Shown: piece by piece, positions 40,301 to 59,000 of the stretch
How the letters are laid out: the number at the start of each line of letters is the position of its first letter
Numbering within the stretch: the stretch's first letter is position 1
Assembly: GCF_009914755.1 (NCBI RefSeq)
Contig: NC_060937.1
Source: the human T2T-CHM13v2.0 reference genome, Homo sapiens
Direction: 5' to 3' (one strand)
Length of the DNA stretch: 64,000 bases
Made by a program: the position numbers and the translations under genes
Notes under the pieces: generated by a model
Seen by the model: only the letters and a program-made list of their open reading frames with translations
What the model was told of the DNA's origin: nothing
The model's database searches: none

Positions 40301-43300
40301 AAACATTCAGACCCCGAACAGAAGTGTTCTGGAATCCTATGTGAGGGACAAACATTTAGACCCTCTTTGCAGTGTTCTGGAATCCTATGTGAGGGACAAA
40401 CATTCAGACGCCAGCAGCAGAGTTTTGGAGTCGTATGTGATGGACAAACATTCAGACCCTTGTAGCTTCTTCTGGAATCCTACGTGAGACACAAACACTC
40501 AGAACCCAGCAACAGTGTTCTGGAATCCTATGTGAAGGACAAGCATTCAGACCCTCGTAGCAGTGTACTGTAATCCTATGTGAGGGACAAACATTCAGAC
40601 CATAGCAAGATTGTTCTGGAATCCTATGTGAGGAACAAATATTCAGACCAGGACAGCAGTGTTTTGTAATCCTGTCTGAAGGACAAACATTGAGACCCTT
40701 GTAGCTGTTTTCTGGAATCTTATGTGAGGAACAAACACTCAGACCATAGCAGGAGTGTTCTGGAATCCTGTGTGAGGGAGAAATATTCAGACCACTGCAT
40801 GAGTGTTCTGGAATTCAATTTGAGGGACAAACATGCAGACCCTCGTAGGAGTGTTCTGAAATCCTATGTGATGAACAAACATTCAGACCACAGCAAGAGT
40901 GTTCTGGAATCCTATGCGAGGTACAAACATTCAGACCACAACAGGAGTGTCCTGGAATCCCATGTGAGGTGCAAACATTCAGACCCTCATAGCAGTGTTC
41001 TTGAATGCTATGTGAGGGACAAAATTTCACAGCACAGCAGGAGTGTTCTGGAGTCCTATGTGATGGACAAACATTCAGAACACAGCAGGAGTGTTCTGAA
41101 ATACTATGTGAGGGACAAATATTCAGACCACAGAAGGAGTGTTCTGGAATCCTTTGTGAAGGACAAACGTTCAGACCCTTGTAGCAGTGTTCAGGAATCC
41201 TATGTGAGGGACAAACATTGAGACCCCAGTAGGAGTGTTCTGGAGTCCCATGTGAGGGACAAAGATTCAGACTTTCGTAGCAGTGTTTTGAAATCCTATG
41301 TGAGGGACAAATGTTCAGACCACAGCAAGGGGGCTCTGGAATCCTATGTGAGGGACAAACATTCAGAACTTCGTAGCCGTGTGCTGGAATTTTATGTGAG
41401 GGAGAGATATTTAGACCCTTGGAGCAGTGTTCTGGAATCCCATAGGTGAGACATACATTCAGACCCTCCCAGCAGTGTTCTGGAATTCTATGTGAGGGAC
41501 AGACATTCAAACCCCAGCAGCAGTGTTCTGGAATGTGATGTGAGGTACAAACATTCAGACACCAGCAGAAGTGTGCTGGAATACTATGTGAGGGAGAAAC
41601 ACTCAGACCCTCGTAGCAGTGTTGTGGAATCCTATGTGAAGGACAAGCATTCATACCCTCGTAGCAGTGTCCTGGAATCATATGTGAGGGATAAACTTTG
41701 AGAATCCAGCAGAGGTGTTCTGGAATCCTAGATGTGGGACAAACATTCAGACCCTCATAGCAGTGTTCTGGAATCCTATGCGAGGGAGAAACTTTCAGAC
41801 CACGGCATGGAAGCAGAGGTGTTCTGGAATCCTAGGTGTGGGACAAACATTCAGACCCTCATAGCAGTGTTCTGGAATGCTATGTGAGGGAGAAACTTTC
41901 AGACCACGGCAGCAGTGTTCTGGAATGCTACATGAAGGACAAACATCCTGACCCTCCTAACAGTGTTATGCAATCCTATGTGAGGGACAGACATTTAGAC
42001 CCTCGCAGCTGTGTTCTGGAGTCCTATGGGAGGGACAAACATTCAGACCCTTGCAGCAGTTTTCTGGAATCCTTTGTGAGGGAGAGACATTCAGACCCTC
42101 ATAGTGGTGTTCTGGAATCCTGTGTGACAGACAAACATTCAGAACCTGGTATCAGCGTTCTTCCATCCTATATCAGGGACATACATACCCCAGCCACAGT
42201 GTTCTGGAATCCTATGTGACAGACAAACATACAAACAACAGCAGGAGTGTTCTGGAATCCTATGTGAGGAACAAACATTTAGACCCTCGTAGCAGTGTTC
42301 TGGAATCCTATGTCAGGGACCAACATTCAGACCCTAGAAGCAGTGTTCTGGAGTGTTATGAGACAGAAAAGCATTCAGACCCTCATAGCAGTGTTCTGGA
42401 ATTCTATGTCAGGGATATTCAGACCACAGCAGAAATGTTCTGGAATCCTATGTGAGGCACAAACCTTCAGACCACAGCAGGCGTTTTCTGGAATCATATG
42501 TGAGGGACATTCAGACCATCACAAGAGTGTTCTGGAATCCTATGTGAAGGGCAAACATTCAGACTCCAGCAGCATTGTTCTTCAATGCTATCTGAGGGAG
42601 AAACTTTCAGACAACAGCAGGAGTGTTCTGGAGTCCTATGTGAGGGACAAACTTTCAGAACACAGCAGGAGTGTTCTGAAATCCTATGTGAGGGACAAAC
42701 ATTCAGACCACAGCAGGAGTGTTCTGGAATCCGTTGTGAAGGAGAAATATTCAGACCCTTGTAGCAGTTCTCTGGAATCCTATTTGAGGGACAAATATTC
42801 AGAACACAGTAGAAGTATTCTGAAATCCTATGTGAGGGACAAACATTCAAACGACAGCAGGAGTGCTCTGGAGTCCTATGTGAGTGTCAAACATTCAGAC
42901 AACAGCAGGAGTGTTCTGGAATCCTATGTGAGGAACAAGCATTCAGACCCCAGCAGCAGTGTTCTGGAACCCTATGTGAGGGAAAAGCATTCGTATCCTC
43001 GTAGGGGTGTTCTAGAATCCTATGTGAGGGAAAAAAACTCAGAATCCAGGAGCAGTGCTCTGGAATCCTATGTGAGGGACAAACATTCAGTCCACAGCAG
43101 CAGTGTTCTGGACTGCTATGTGAGGGGCCAACATTCAGACCATAGCAGGAGAGTTCTGGAGTCCTATGTGAGGGATAAACATTTAGACCACAGCAGGACT
43201 GTAACAGAACCCTACATGAGGGACAAACATTCAGACCACGGCAAGATTGTTCTGGAATGCTCTCTGAGGGACAAACATTGAGACCTCAGCAGCAGTGTTC

Positions 43301-46300
43301 TGGAATCCTATGTGATGGACAAACATTCAGCTCACAGCAGGAGTGTTCTGAAATCCTATGTGAGGGACAAACATTTGGACCCCATCAGCAGTGTTCTGGA
43401 ATCCTATTTGAGGGACAAACACTCAGAACCCAGCAGCAGTATTCTGGAATCCTAAGTGAGGGACAAATATTCAGACCCTCTTAGCAGTGTTCTGGAATCC
43501 TATGTGAATGACAAACGCTCAGAATCCAGCACCACTGTTCTGAAATCATATGTGAAGGACAAACCTTCAGACCAGAGCAGTAGTGCTGTGGAATTTTATG
43601 TTAGAGACAAACATTCAGACTCCAGCAGCAGTGTTCTTGAATGCTATCTGAGGGACAAACATTCTAACCACAGCATGAGTGTTATGGAGACGTATGTGAG
43701 GGACAAAAATTCAGAACACAGCAGGAGTGTTCTGGAATCCTATTTGAGGGAAAATCTTTCATACCCTCATAGCAGTGTTCTGGAATCCTATTTGAGGGAA
43801 AAAAACTCAGAATCTAGGAGCAGTGTTCTGGAATCCTATGTGAGGGAAAAACATTCAGTCCGCAGCAGCAGTCTTCTGGAATGCTATGTGAGGGACAAAC
43901 ATTCAGATCGTAGCAGAATTGTTCTGGAATCCTATGTGAGGGACAAACAGTCAGACCACAGCAGCAGTGTTATGGAATCCTATGTGAGGGACAAATATTC
44001 AGACCACAGCAGGAGTGTTCTGGAATGCTGTCTGAGGAACAAACATTGAGACCCCAGCAGCAGTGCTCTGGAATATCATTTAATGGACAAACATTCAGAC
44101 CCTTGAAGCAGTGTTCTGGAATCCTATGTGTGGGACAAACACTCAGAACCCAGCAGCAGTATTCTGGAATCCTAAGTGAGGGACAAATATTCAGACCCTC
44201 TTTGCAGTGTTCTGGAATCCTATGTGAATGACAAATGCTCAGAATCCATCACCACTGTTCTGAAATCATATGTGAAGAACAAACCTTCAGACCAGAGCAG
44301 TAGTGCTGTGGAATTGTATGTTAGAGACAAACATTCAGACTCCAGCAGCAGTGTTCTTGAATGCTATCTGAGGGACAAACATTATAACCACAGCATGAGT
44401 GTTATGGAGACGTATGTGAGGGACAAATATTCAGAACACAGCAGGAGTGTTCTGGAATCCTATGTGAGGGACAAATTTTCAGAACACTGCAGGAGTGTTG
44501 TGAAATCCTATGTGAGGGACAAACTTTGAAACCAAAGCAAGAGTGTTCTGGAGTCCTATGTGAGTGTCAAACATTCAGACAACAGCAGGGGTGTTCTGGA
44601 ATCCTATGTGAGGAACAAACATTCAGGCCACAGTAGGAGTGTTCTGGAATCCTATGTCAGGGACAAAGATTCATACCCTCTTAACAATGTTCTGGAATCC
44701 TATGTGAGGGACAAACATTTAGACACCAGCAGCAGTGTTCTATAATCCTCTGTGAGGGTAAAACATTCATACCCTCGTAGTGGTGTTCTGGAATCCTCTG
44801 TGAGGGAATAAAACTGAAAATCCAGGAGCAGTGTTCTGGAATCCTATGGGAGGGACAAATATTCACTCCACAGCAGGAGTGTTCTGGAGTCCTATGTGAG
44901 GGACAAACATTCAGACCCTTGTAACCGTGTTCTGGAATTTTATGTGAGGGACTTTCAGACCCCAGCAGCCGTGTTCTTGAATGCCATGTGAGGGACAAAC
45001 ACTCAGACTCGAGCAGCAGTTTTCTGGAATCTTATTTCAGGATCAAATATTCAGACCCTCGTAGCAGTGTTCTGGAATCCTATGTGAGGGACAAACATTC
45101 AGAAGACAGCAGGAGTATTCTGAAATCTTATGTGAGGAACAAACAGACCACAGCAGTAGTGTTCTGGAATCCCATGTGAGGGAGCAACATTCAGACCTTC
45201 GTAGCAGTGTTCTGGAATCCTATGTGAGGGACAAACATTAGAACAATGTAGCTGTGTTCTGGAAGCCTTCGTGAGGTACAAACATTCACCACCCAACAGC
45301 AGTGTTCTGGAATCCTAAGTGAGGGACAAATATTCAGACCAAAACAGGAGTGTTCTGGAATCCTATGTGCAGGACACACATTCATACCCCATAGCAGTGT
45401 TCTAGAATCCTATCTGAGGGACAAAGATTTATACCCACGCAGCAGTGTGATATGAGCACAGCAGGAATGATCTGGAATCCTATGTGAGGGACAAACATTC
45501 ACACCACATCAGGAGCGTTCTGGAATCCTATGTGAGGGACAAATATTCAGATGACAGCAGGAGTGTTCTGAAATCCTAAGTGAGGAACAAGCATTTACAC
45601 CACAGCAGGAGTGTTCTGAAATCCTATGTAAGGAACAAACATTTAGACCACTGCAGGAGAATTCTGGAATCCTATATGCCGGACAAACATTCAGACGACA
45701 GCAGAATGGTTCTGAAATCCTATGTAAGGAGCAAACAGTTAGACCACAGGAGGAGTGATATGGAATCCTATGTTAGGGACAAACATTCAGACCCTGGTAG
45801 CAGTGTTCTGGATTCCTATGTGAGTAACACACTTTTAGACCCAAGTGGCAATGTTCTGGAATTGTACGTGAGGGACAAATAATCAGGACCCAACTGCAGT
45901 GTTCTGGAATTCTGAGTGAGGGACAAACAGTCAGTGCACAGCAGGGGTGTTCTGCAATCCTCTGTGAAGGACAGACATTCAGACGACAGTAGGAATGTTC
46001 TGAAATCCTATGTGAGGTACAAACATTTATACCACAGCAGGAGTGTTCTGGAATTTTATGTGTGGGACAAACATTCAGAACCTCATAGCAGTGTTTTGGA
46101 ATCCTATACGAGGGAGAATCATTTAGACCCACATAGCTGTGTTCTTGAATCTTACGTGAGGGACACACAGTCAGAACCCAACAGCAATGTCTCTGGAATC
46201 CTACGTGAGGTACAAACATTCAGATGACAGCAGGAGTATTCTGAAATCATAAGTGAGGAACAAACATTTCGACCACAGCAGGAGTGTTCAGGAATCCTAT

Positions 46301-49300
46301 GTGAGAGACAAACACTCAGACAACAGCAGGAGTGTTCTGGAATCCTACGTGAGGTTCAGTCATTCATGCCCTCGTAGCAGTGTTCTGGAATCTTATCTGA
46401 GGGAGAAACACTCAGAACCCAGTAGCAGTGCTCTGGAATCGAATGTCAGGGACAGTCATTCAGACCACAGCTGGGGTGTCCTGGAATCCTACACGTGGGA
46501 CAAACATTCAGACACTTGTAGCATTGTTCTGGAATCCTATGTGAGGGACAAACATTCAGAACACAGCAGGAGTGTTGTTGAGTCCTACGTGCGGGACAAA
46601 CATGCAGACTCTCATAGCATGGTTCTCGAATCCTATGTGAGGGACAAATATTTAGACCCACCTAGCAGTGTTCTTGAATCGTACGTGAGGGACAAACACT
46701 CAGAACCCAAAAACAGTTTTCTGGAACCCTAAAGGAGGGAGAAACATTCAATCCACAGCAGGAGTGTAGTGGTATCCTATGTGAGGGACAAACATTCAGA
46801 CGACAGCAGGAATGTTCTGAAATCCTTAGTGAGGAACAAACATTTAGACCACAGCAGGAGTTTTCTGGAATCCTATGTGAGGGATAAACATTCAGACATT
46901 GACAAGAGTGTTCTGCAATCCTATGTGACGTACATTCAGACCCTCGTAGCAGTGTTCTGGAATCCTATGTGAGGGAGAAACATTCAGAACCCAGCAACAG
47001 TGTTCTGGAATCTTATGTGAGGGACAATCATTCAGACCACAGGTGGGGTGTTCTGGATTCCTACGTGTGGGGCAAACGTCCAGACCCTCGGATAATTGTT
47101 CTGGAATCCTATGTGAGGGACATTTAGAACAAAGCAGGAGTGTTGTGGAGTCCTATGTGAGGAAAAACTTTCAGACCCTCGTAGCAATATTCTGGAATCC
47201 TATGTGAGGGACAAACATTCAGACCCTCCTAGCAGTGTTCTGGAATCCTAGGTGAGGTACAATCATTCAGAACCTCGTAGCAGTGTTCTGGAATCCAATG
47301 TGAGGGAGAAACACTCAGAACCCACCAGCAGTGTTCTGGAATCCTATGAGAGGGACAATCTTTCAGACCAATACTGGGGTGCTCTGAAATCCTAAGTGTG
47401 GGATAAACATTCAGACACTCGTAGCATTCTTGTGGAATCTTATGTGAGGGACAAACATTCAGATGACAGCAGGAGTGTTCTAAAATTGTAGGTTAGGAAC
47501 AAACATTTAGACCACAGCAGGAGTGTTCAGCAATCCTATGTGAGGGACAAACACTCAGACAATTGCAGGAGTGTTCTGGAATCCTATGTGAGGTTCAGTC
47601 ATTGATACCCTCATATCAGTGTTCTGGAATCCTATCTAAGTGAGAAACACTCAGAACCCAGCGGCAGTGTTTGGGAATTGCATGTCAGGGACAGTCATTC
47701 AGACCACAGCTGGGGTGTTCTGGACCCTACGTGTGGGACAAACATTCAGACCATCGTAGCATTGTTCTGAAATCCTATGTGAGAGACAAACATTCAGAAC
47801 ACAGAAGGAGTGTTCTGAAGTCCTATGTGCGGGATAAAAGTTCAGACCCTCGTAGCTGTGTCTGGAATCCTATGTGAGGGACAAACATTTAGACCCACGT
47901 GGCAGTGTTCTTGAATCGTACCTGAGGGACAAACACTCAGAACCCAACAACAGTGTTCTGGAATCCTAAGCGAGGGACAAAAATTCAGACCACAGCAGGA
48001 GTGTTCTGGAGTCCTATGTGAGGGACTAACATTCTGAAGACAGCAGGAGTGTTCTGTAATCCTACGTGAGGAACAAGCATTTAGAACACAGCTGGAGTGT
48101 TCTGGAATCCTATGTGAGGGACATAAATTCAGACGACAGCAGGATTGTTCTGAAACTCTGTGTGAGGAACAAACATTTAGACCACTGCAGGAGTGTTCTG
48201 GAATCCTATGTGCGGGACAAACATTCAGACCCTCGCAGCAGTATTCTGGAATCCTTTGTGAGGGACAAACATTCAGAACACAGCAGGAGTGTTCTGGAGT
48301 CCTATGTGTGGTACAAATATTTCGTCCCTCGTAGCAGCGTCTGGAATCATATGTGAAGGACAAACATTCAGACCCACGTGGCTGTGTTCTGGAATCGTAC
48401 AAGAAGGACAAAGACTCAGAACACAACAGCAGTGTTCTGGAATCCTAAGTGAGGAACAAACTTTCAGACCACAGCAGGAGTGTTTTGGAATCCCATGTGA
48501 GGGACAAACCTTCTGAAGACAGCAGGGGTGTTCTGAAATCCTACCTGAGAAACAAACATTTAGATCACAGCTGGAGTGCTCTGGAATTCTATGTGAGGGA
48601 CAAACATTCAGACGACAGCAAGATTGTTCCGAAATCCTTTGTGAGGAACAAACATTTAGAACACAGCAGGAGTGTTCTGGAATCCTATGTGCAAGACAAA
48701 CATTCACAACTTCGTAGCAGTGTTCTGGAATCCTATCTGAGGGAAGAACATTCAGACCCACGTAACAGTGTTCTGGAATCCTACGTGAGGGACAAACACT
48801 CAAAACAGCAGTGTTCTGGAATCCTAAGAGAGGGACATACATTCAGTCCACAGCAGTAGTGTTGTGGAATCCTATGTGAGGGACAAAAATTCAGACGACA
48901 GCAGCAGTGATCTCAAATAATATGTGAGGAACAAACTTTTAGACCACAGCAGGAGTGATCTGAAACCCGTGTGAGGAACAAACATTTAGACCACAGCAGG
49001 AGTGTTGTGGAATCCTATGTGGGGGACAAACATTCAGATCCTCGTAGCAGTATTCTGGAATCCTATGTGAGGCACAAACCTTTAGACCCACGTAGCAGTG
49101 TTCTGGAATCCTACATGTGGGACAAACACTGAGAACCCAAGAGCAGTGTTCTGGAATCCTAAGTGAGGGACAAACATTCACTCCACAACAAGGGTGCTCT
49201 GGAATCCTAAGTGAGTCACAAACATTCAGACGACAGTAGGAGTCCTCTGAAATCTAATGTGAGGAACAAACATTTATACCACAGCAGAAGTGTGCTGGAA

Positions 49301-49945
49301 TGTTATGTGCGGGACAAATATTCAGAAACTCAAAGCAGTGTTCTCGAATCCTATGTGAGGGAGAATCATTTCGACCCATGTATCTGTGTTCTGGAATCCT
49401 ACATGAGGGAAAAACATTCAGAACCCAACAGGAGGAGTGTTCTGGAATCCTATGTGAAGTACAAATATTCAGATGACAGCAGGAGTGTTCTGAAATCCTA
49501 TGCGAGGAACAAACATTTAGACCACAGCAGTTGTGTTCGGGAATACTATATGAGGGACAAACCCTCAGACAATAGCACGAGTGTTCTGGAATCCTATGTG
49601 AGGTTCAGTCATTCATCCCCTCGTAGCAGTGTTCTGGAATCTTATGTGAGGGAGAAACACGCAGAACCCTGCAGCAATGTTCTGGAATCGTATGTCAGGG
49701 ACAATCATTCACACCACAGCTAAGGTGTTCTGGAATCCAACATGTGGGACAAACATTCAGACCCTCGTAGCATTGTTCTAGAATCCTATGTGAGGGAGAA
49801 ACATTCAGAAAACAGCAGAAGTGTTCTGGAGTCCTATGTGCGGGACAAACTTTCAGACCCTCGTAGCAGCGTTCTGGAATCCTATGTGAGGGCTAAATAT
49901 TAGACCCACATGGCAGTGTTCTGGATTCGTACGTGAGGGACATAT
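37369..49945 (+). repeat. CER (D22Z3-type) 48-bp satellite, left block
   Basis: Tandem 'gtgagggacaaacattcagaccctcgtagcagtgttctggaatcctat' monomers. Confidence 0.93.
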
Positions 49946-49952
49946 ACCCAGT

Positions 49953-55153
<5,201 letters not shown>

Positions 55154-56076
55154 AAAGAAGTAGACATAGGAGACTCCATTTTGTTCTGTACTAAGAAAAA
55201 TTATTCTGCCTTGAGATTCTGTTAATCTATGACCTTACCCCCAACCCCGTGCTCTCTGAAATATGTGCTGTGTCAAACTCAGGGTTAAATGGATTAAGTA
55301 TTGTGCAAGATGTGCTTTGTTAAACAGTTGCTTGAAGGCAGCATGCTCCTTAAGAGTCATCACTACTCCCTAATCTCAAGTACCCAGGGACACAAAAACT
55401 GCTGAAGGCCGCAGGGACCTCTGCTTAGGAAAGCCAGATATTGTCCAAGGTATATCCCCATGGGATAGTCTGAAATATGGCCTTATGGGAAGGGAAAGAC
55501 CTGACCGTCCCCCAGCCCGACAACCGTAAATGGTCTGTGCTGAGGAGGATTAGTATAAGAGGAAGGCATGTCTCTTGCAGTTGAGACAAGAGGAAGGCAT
55601 CTGTCTCCTGCCCGTCCATGGGCAATGGAATGTCTCGGTATAAAACCCGATTGTACGTCCCATCTACTGAGATAGGGAAAAAACGCCTTAGGGCTGGAGG
55701 TGGGACATGCGGGCAGCAATACTGCTTTGTAAAGCATTGAGATGTTTATGTGTATGCATATCTAAAAGCACAGCACTTGATTCTTTACCTTGTCTATGAT
55801 GCAAAGACCTTTGTTCACGTGTTTGTCTGCTGACCCTATCCCCACTATTGTCTTGTGACCCTGACACATCACCCTCTCGGAGAAACACCCACAAATGATC
55901 AATAAATACTAAGGGAACTCAGAGGCTGGCGGGATCCTCCATATGCTGAACGCTGGTTCCCTGGGTCCCCTTATTTCTTTCTCTATATTTTGTCTCTGTG
56001 TCTTTTTCTTTTCCATGTCTCTCATTCCACCTAACAAGAAAAACCCACAGGTGTGGAGGGGCAACCCACCCCTTCA

Positions 56077-59000
56077 GAATTCTATGTGAGGGAGAAAATT
56101 CAGACCCCAGCAGCAGTGTTCTGGAATCCGACGTGAGGGACAATCACTCAGACACTCGTATCAGTGTTCTGCAATTCTGTGTGAGGACGAACATTCAGAC
56201 CACAACAGGGATGTTCTGGAATCCTATGTGAGGGACAAACATTCGGACCCCAGATGTAGTGTTTTCGAATACTATGTGTGGGACAAACATTCAAACAACG
56301 GCGGGAGAATTATGGAATTCTATGTTTCGGACAAACATTCAGACCCTCGTAGCATTGTTCTGGAATCCTATGTGACGGACTAACATTTAGACCCTGCAGC
56401 AGTGTTCTGGAAACCTATGTGATGGACATGCATGTAGACCCCAGCAGCAGTGTTCTGGAATCCTATGTGATTGACAAATGTTCAGACCCCCGCAGCAGTG
56501 TTCTGGAATCCTATGTGATTTGCAATCATTCAGACCCTCATAGCAGTGCTCTGGAATTCTGTGTGAGGGACAAGCATTCAGACCCTCTTAGAAGTTTTCT
56601 GGAATCCTATGTGAGGGACAAACATTCAGACCCCTGCAGCAGTGTTCTGGCATCGATGTAAGGGACAATCATTCAGACCCACACAGCACTGTTCTGGAAT
56701 TCTGCTTCAGGGCCAACATTCAGACCACAAAAGGAGTGTTCTGGAATCACCTGTGAGGAACAAACTTTCAGAACCCCGTAGCAGTGTTCTGGAATCCTAT
56801 GTGTCAGACAAACATTTAAACCCCAGCAACAGTGTTCTGGAATCTTATGTGAGGGAGAAATATTCAGACAATCGTAGCAGTGTTCTGGAATCCTGTGTAA
56901 GGGACAAACTTTCTGATCCAAGCAGCAGTGTTCTGGAATCCTATGTGAGGGACAAACATTCAAACAACAGCGGGAGTGTTCTGGAATCCTATGTTACAGA
57001 CAAACATTCAGGTTCTCGTCACAGTGTTCTAGAATTCTCTGTGAGGGAGAAACACTCAGAACCCAGCTGCAGTGTTCTGGAATCCTATGTAGTGGACATA
57101 CATGTAGACCCCAGAAGCAGTGCTGTGGAATGCTGCGTGAGGAACAATCATTCAGACCCCAGCAGCAGTGTTCTGGAATATTGCTTGAGGGACAATCATT
57201 CAGACCCTCGTAGCAGTGTTCTGGAGTCCAGTGTGAGGGACAAATATTCAGATCACAACAGGAGTATTCTGGAATCCCCTATGAAGAACAAACATTCAGG
57301 CTATCGTAGCAGTGTTCTGGAATCCTATGTGACTGACAAACATTGAGACCCCAGCAGCAGTGTTCTGGAGTGCTACGTGAGGGACAAACATTCAGACACT
57401 AGTAGCAGTGTTCTGGAATCCTATGTGAGGGACAAACACTAAGAACCCAGCAGCATTTTTCTGGGTCCCTATGTGAGGGACAAATACTCGGAACACAGCT
57501 TCAGTGTTTTGCCATTTTATGTGAGGGACAAACATTCAGACCCTCATAGAAGTGTTCTGGAATCCTATGTGAGGGACAAACTTTCCGACAATTATAACAG
57601 AGTTCTGTAATCCTACGTTAAGGACAAATATTCAGACACTCGTAACAGTGTTCTGGAATCGTATGTGAGGGACACACATTCAGACAATTGTAGCAGTGTT
57701 TTGGAATCCTATGTGAGGGACAAACATTCAGAAGCCAGCACAAGTGTTCTGGAATCTTCTGTGAGGGAAAAACATTCAATCAACAGCGGGAGTGTTCTGG
57801 AATCCTATGTTATGGACAAACATTCAGATGCTCATCGCAGTGTTCTGAAATTGTATGTGAGGGAGGAACACTGAGAACCCAGCAGCAGTTTTCTGGAATC
57901 CTATATGATGGATGTACTTGTAGACCCCAGCAGCAGTGTTCTAGAATCCTATGTGAGGGACAAACATTCAGACCTTCGTCGAATTGTTCTGGAATCCTAT
58001 AAGAGGGACAAACACTCAGAAACCAGCAGCAGCATTCAGGAACCCTATGTGAGGGACAAACATTCAGACAACAGCAGGATTGTTCTGGACTCCTATGTGA
58101 GTAACATACACTCAGAAAACAGCAGGAGTGTTTTGGAATCCTATGTAAGGGACAAACATTCAGATCCTCATAGCAGTGTCCTGGATTTCTGCGTGAGGGA
58201 CAAACATTCAGACCCCCATAGCAGTGTTCTGGAATCCTATGTTAGAGAGAAACATTCAGACCACAGCAGGAGTGTTCTGGAATCTCCTGTGAGGAACAAA
58301 CATTCAGACTCCCCTAACAGTGTTCTGAAATCTTATGTGACTGACAAACATTTAGACGCCAGCAGCAGTATTCTGGAATGCAATGTGAGGGACAAATATT
58401 GAGACCCTCGTAGCAGTGTTCTGGTATCCTATCTGAGAGACAAACTCTCAGAACCAAGCAGCGGTGTTCTGGAAAATTATGTAAGGGATAAGGATTCAGA
58501 CCAGATCTGGTATGCTCTGGAATTCTATGTGAGGAACAAACTCTCAGAATACTGCAGGAGTGTTTTGGAATCCTATGTGAGGGACAAACATTCAGACCCT
58601 CGTAGCAGTGTTCTGGAATCCCATGTGATTGACATTCAGACCACAGCAGGAGTGTTCTGGAATCCCCTGTGAGGACCCAACATTCAGACCTCTGTAGCAG
58701 TGTTCTGGAATCCTAAGTGAGAGACAAACATTTAGACCCCAGCAGCAATGTTCTGGAATCCTATGTGAGGGACAAACATTCAGACCCTCGAAGCAGTGTT
58801 CTGGAATCCAATGTGTGGGATAAACATTCAGACAATAGTAGCAGTGTTCTGTAATCCAATGTGAGGGACACACATTCAGGCCCTCGTCGGAATGCTTTGA
58901 ATTCTATGTGAGGGACAAACACTGAGACAATCTTAGTACTATTCAGGAATCCTCTGTGAGGTACAAATTTTTAGACCACAGCAGAAGTGTTCTGCAATCC

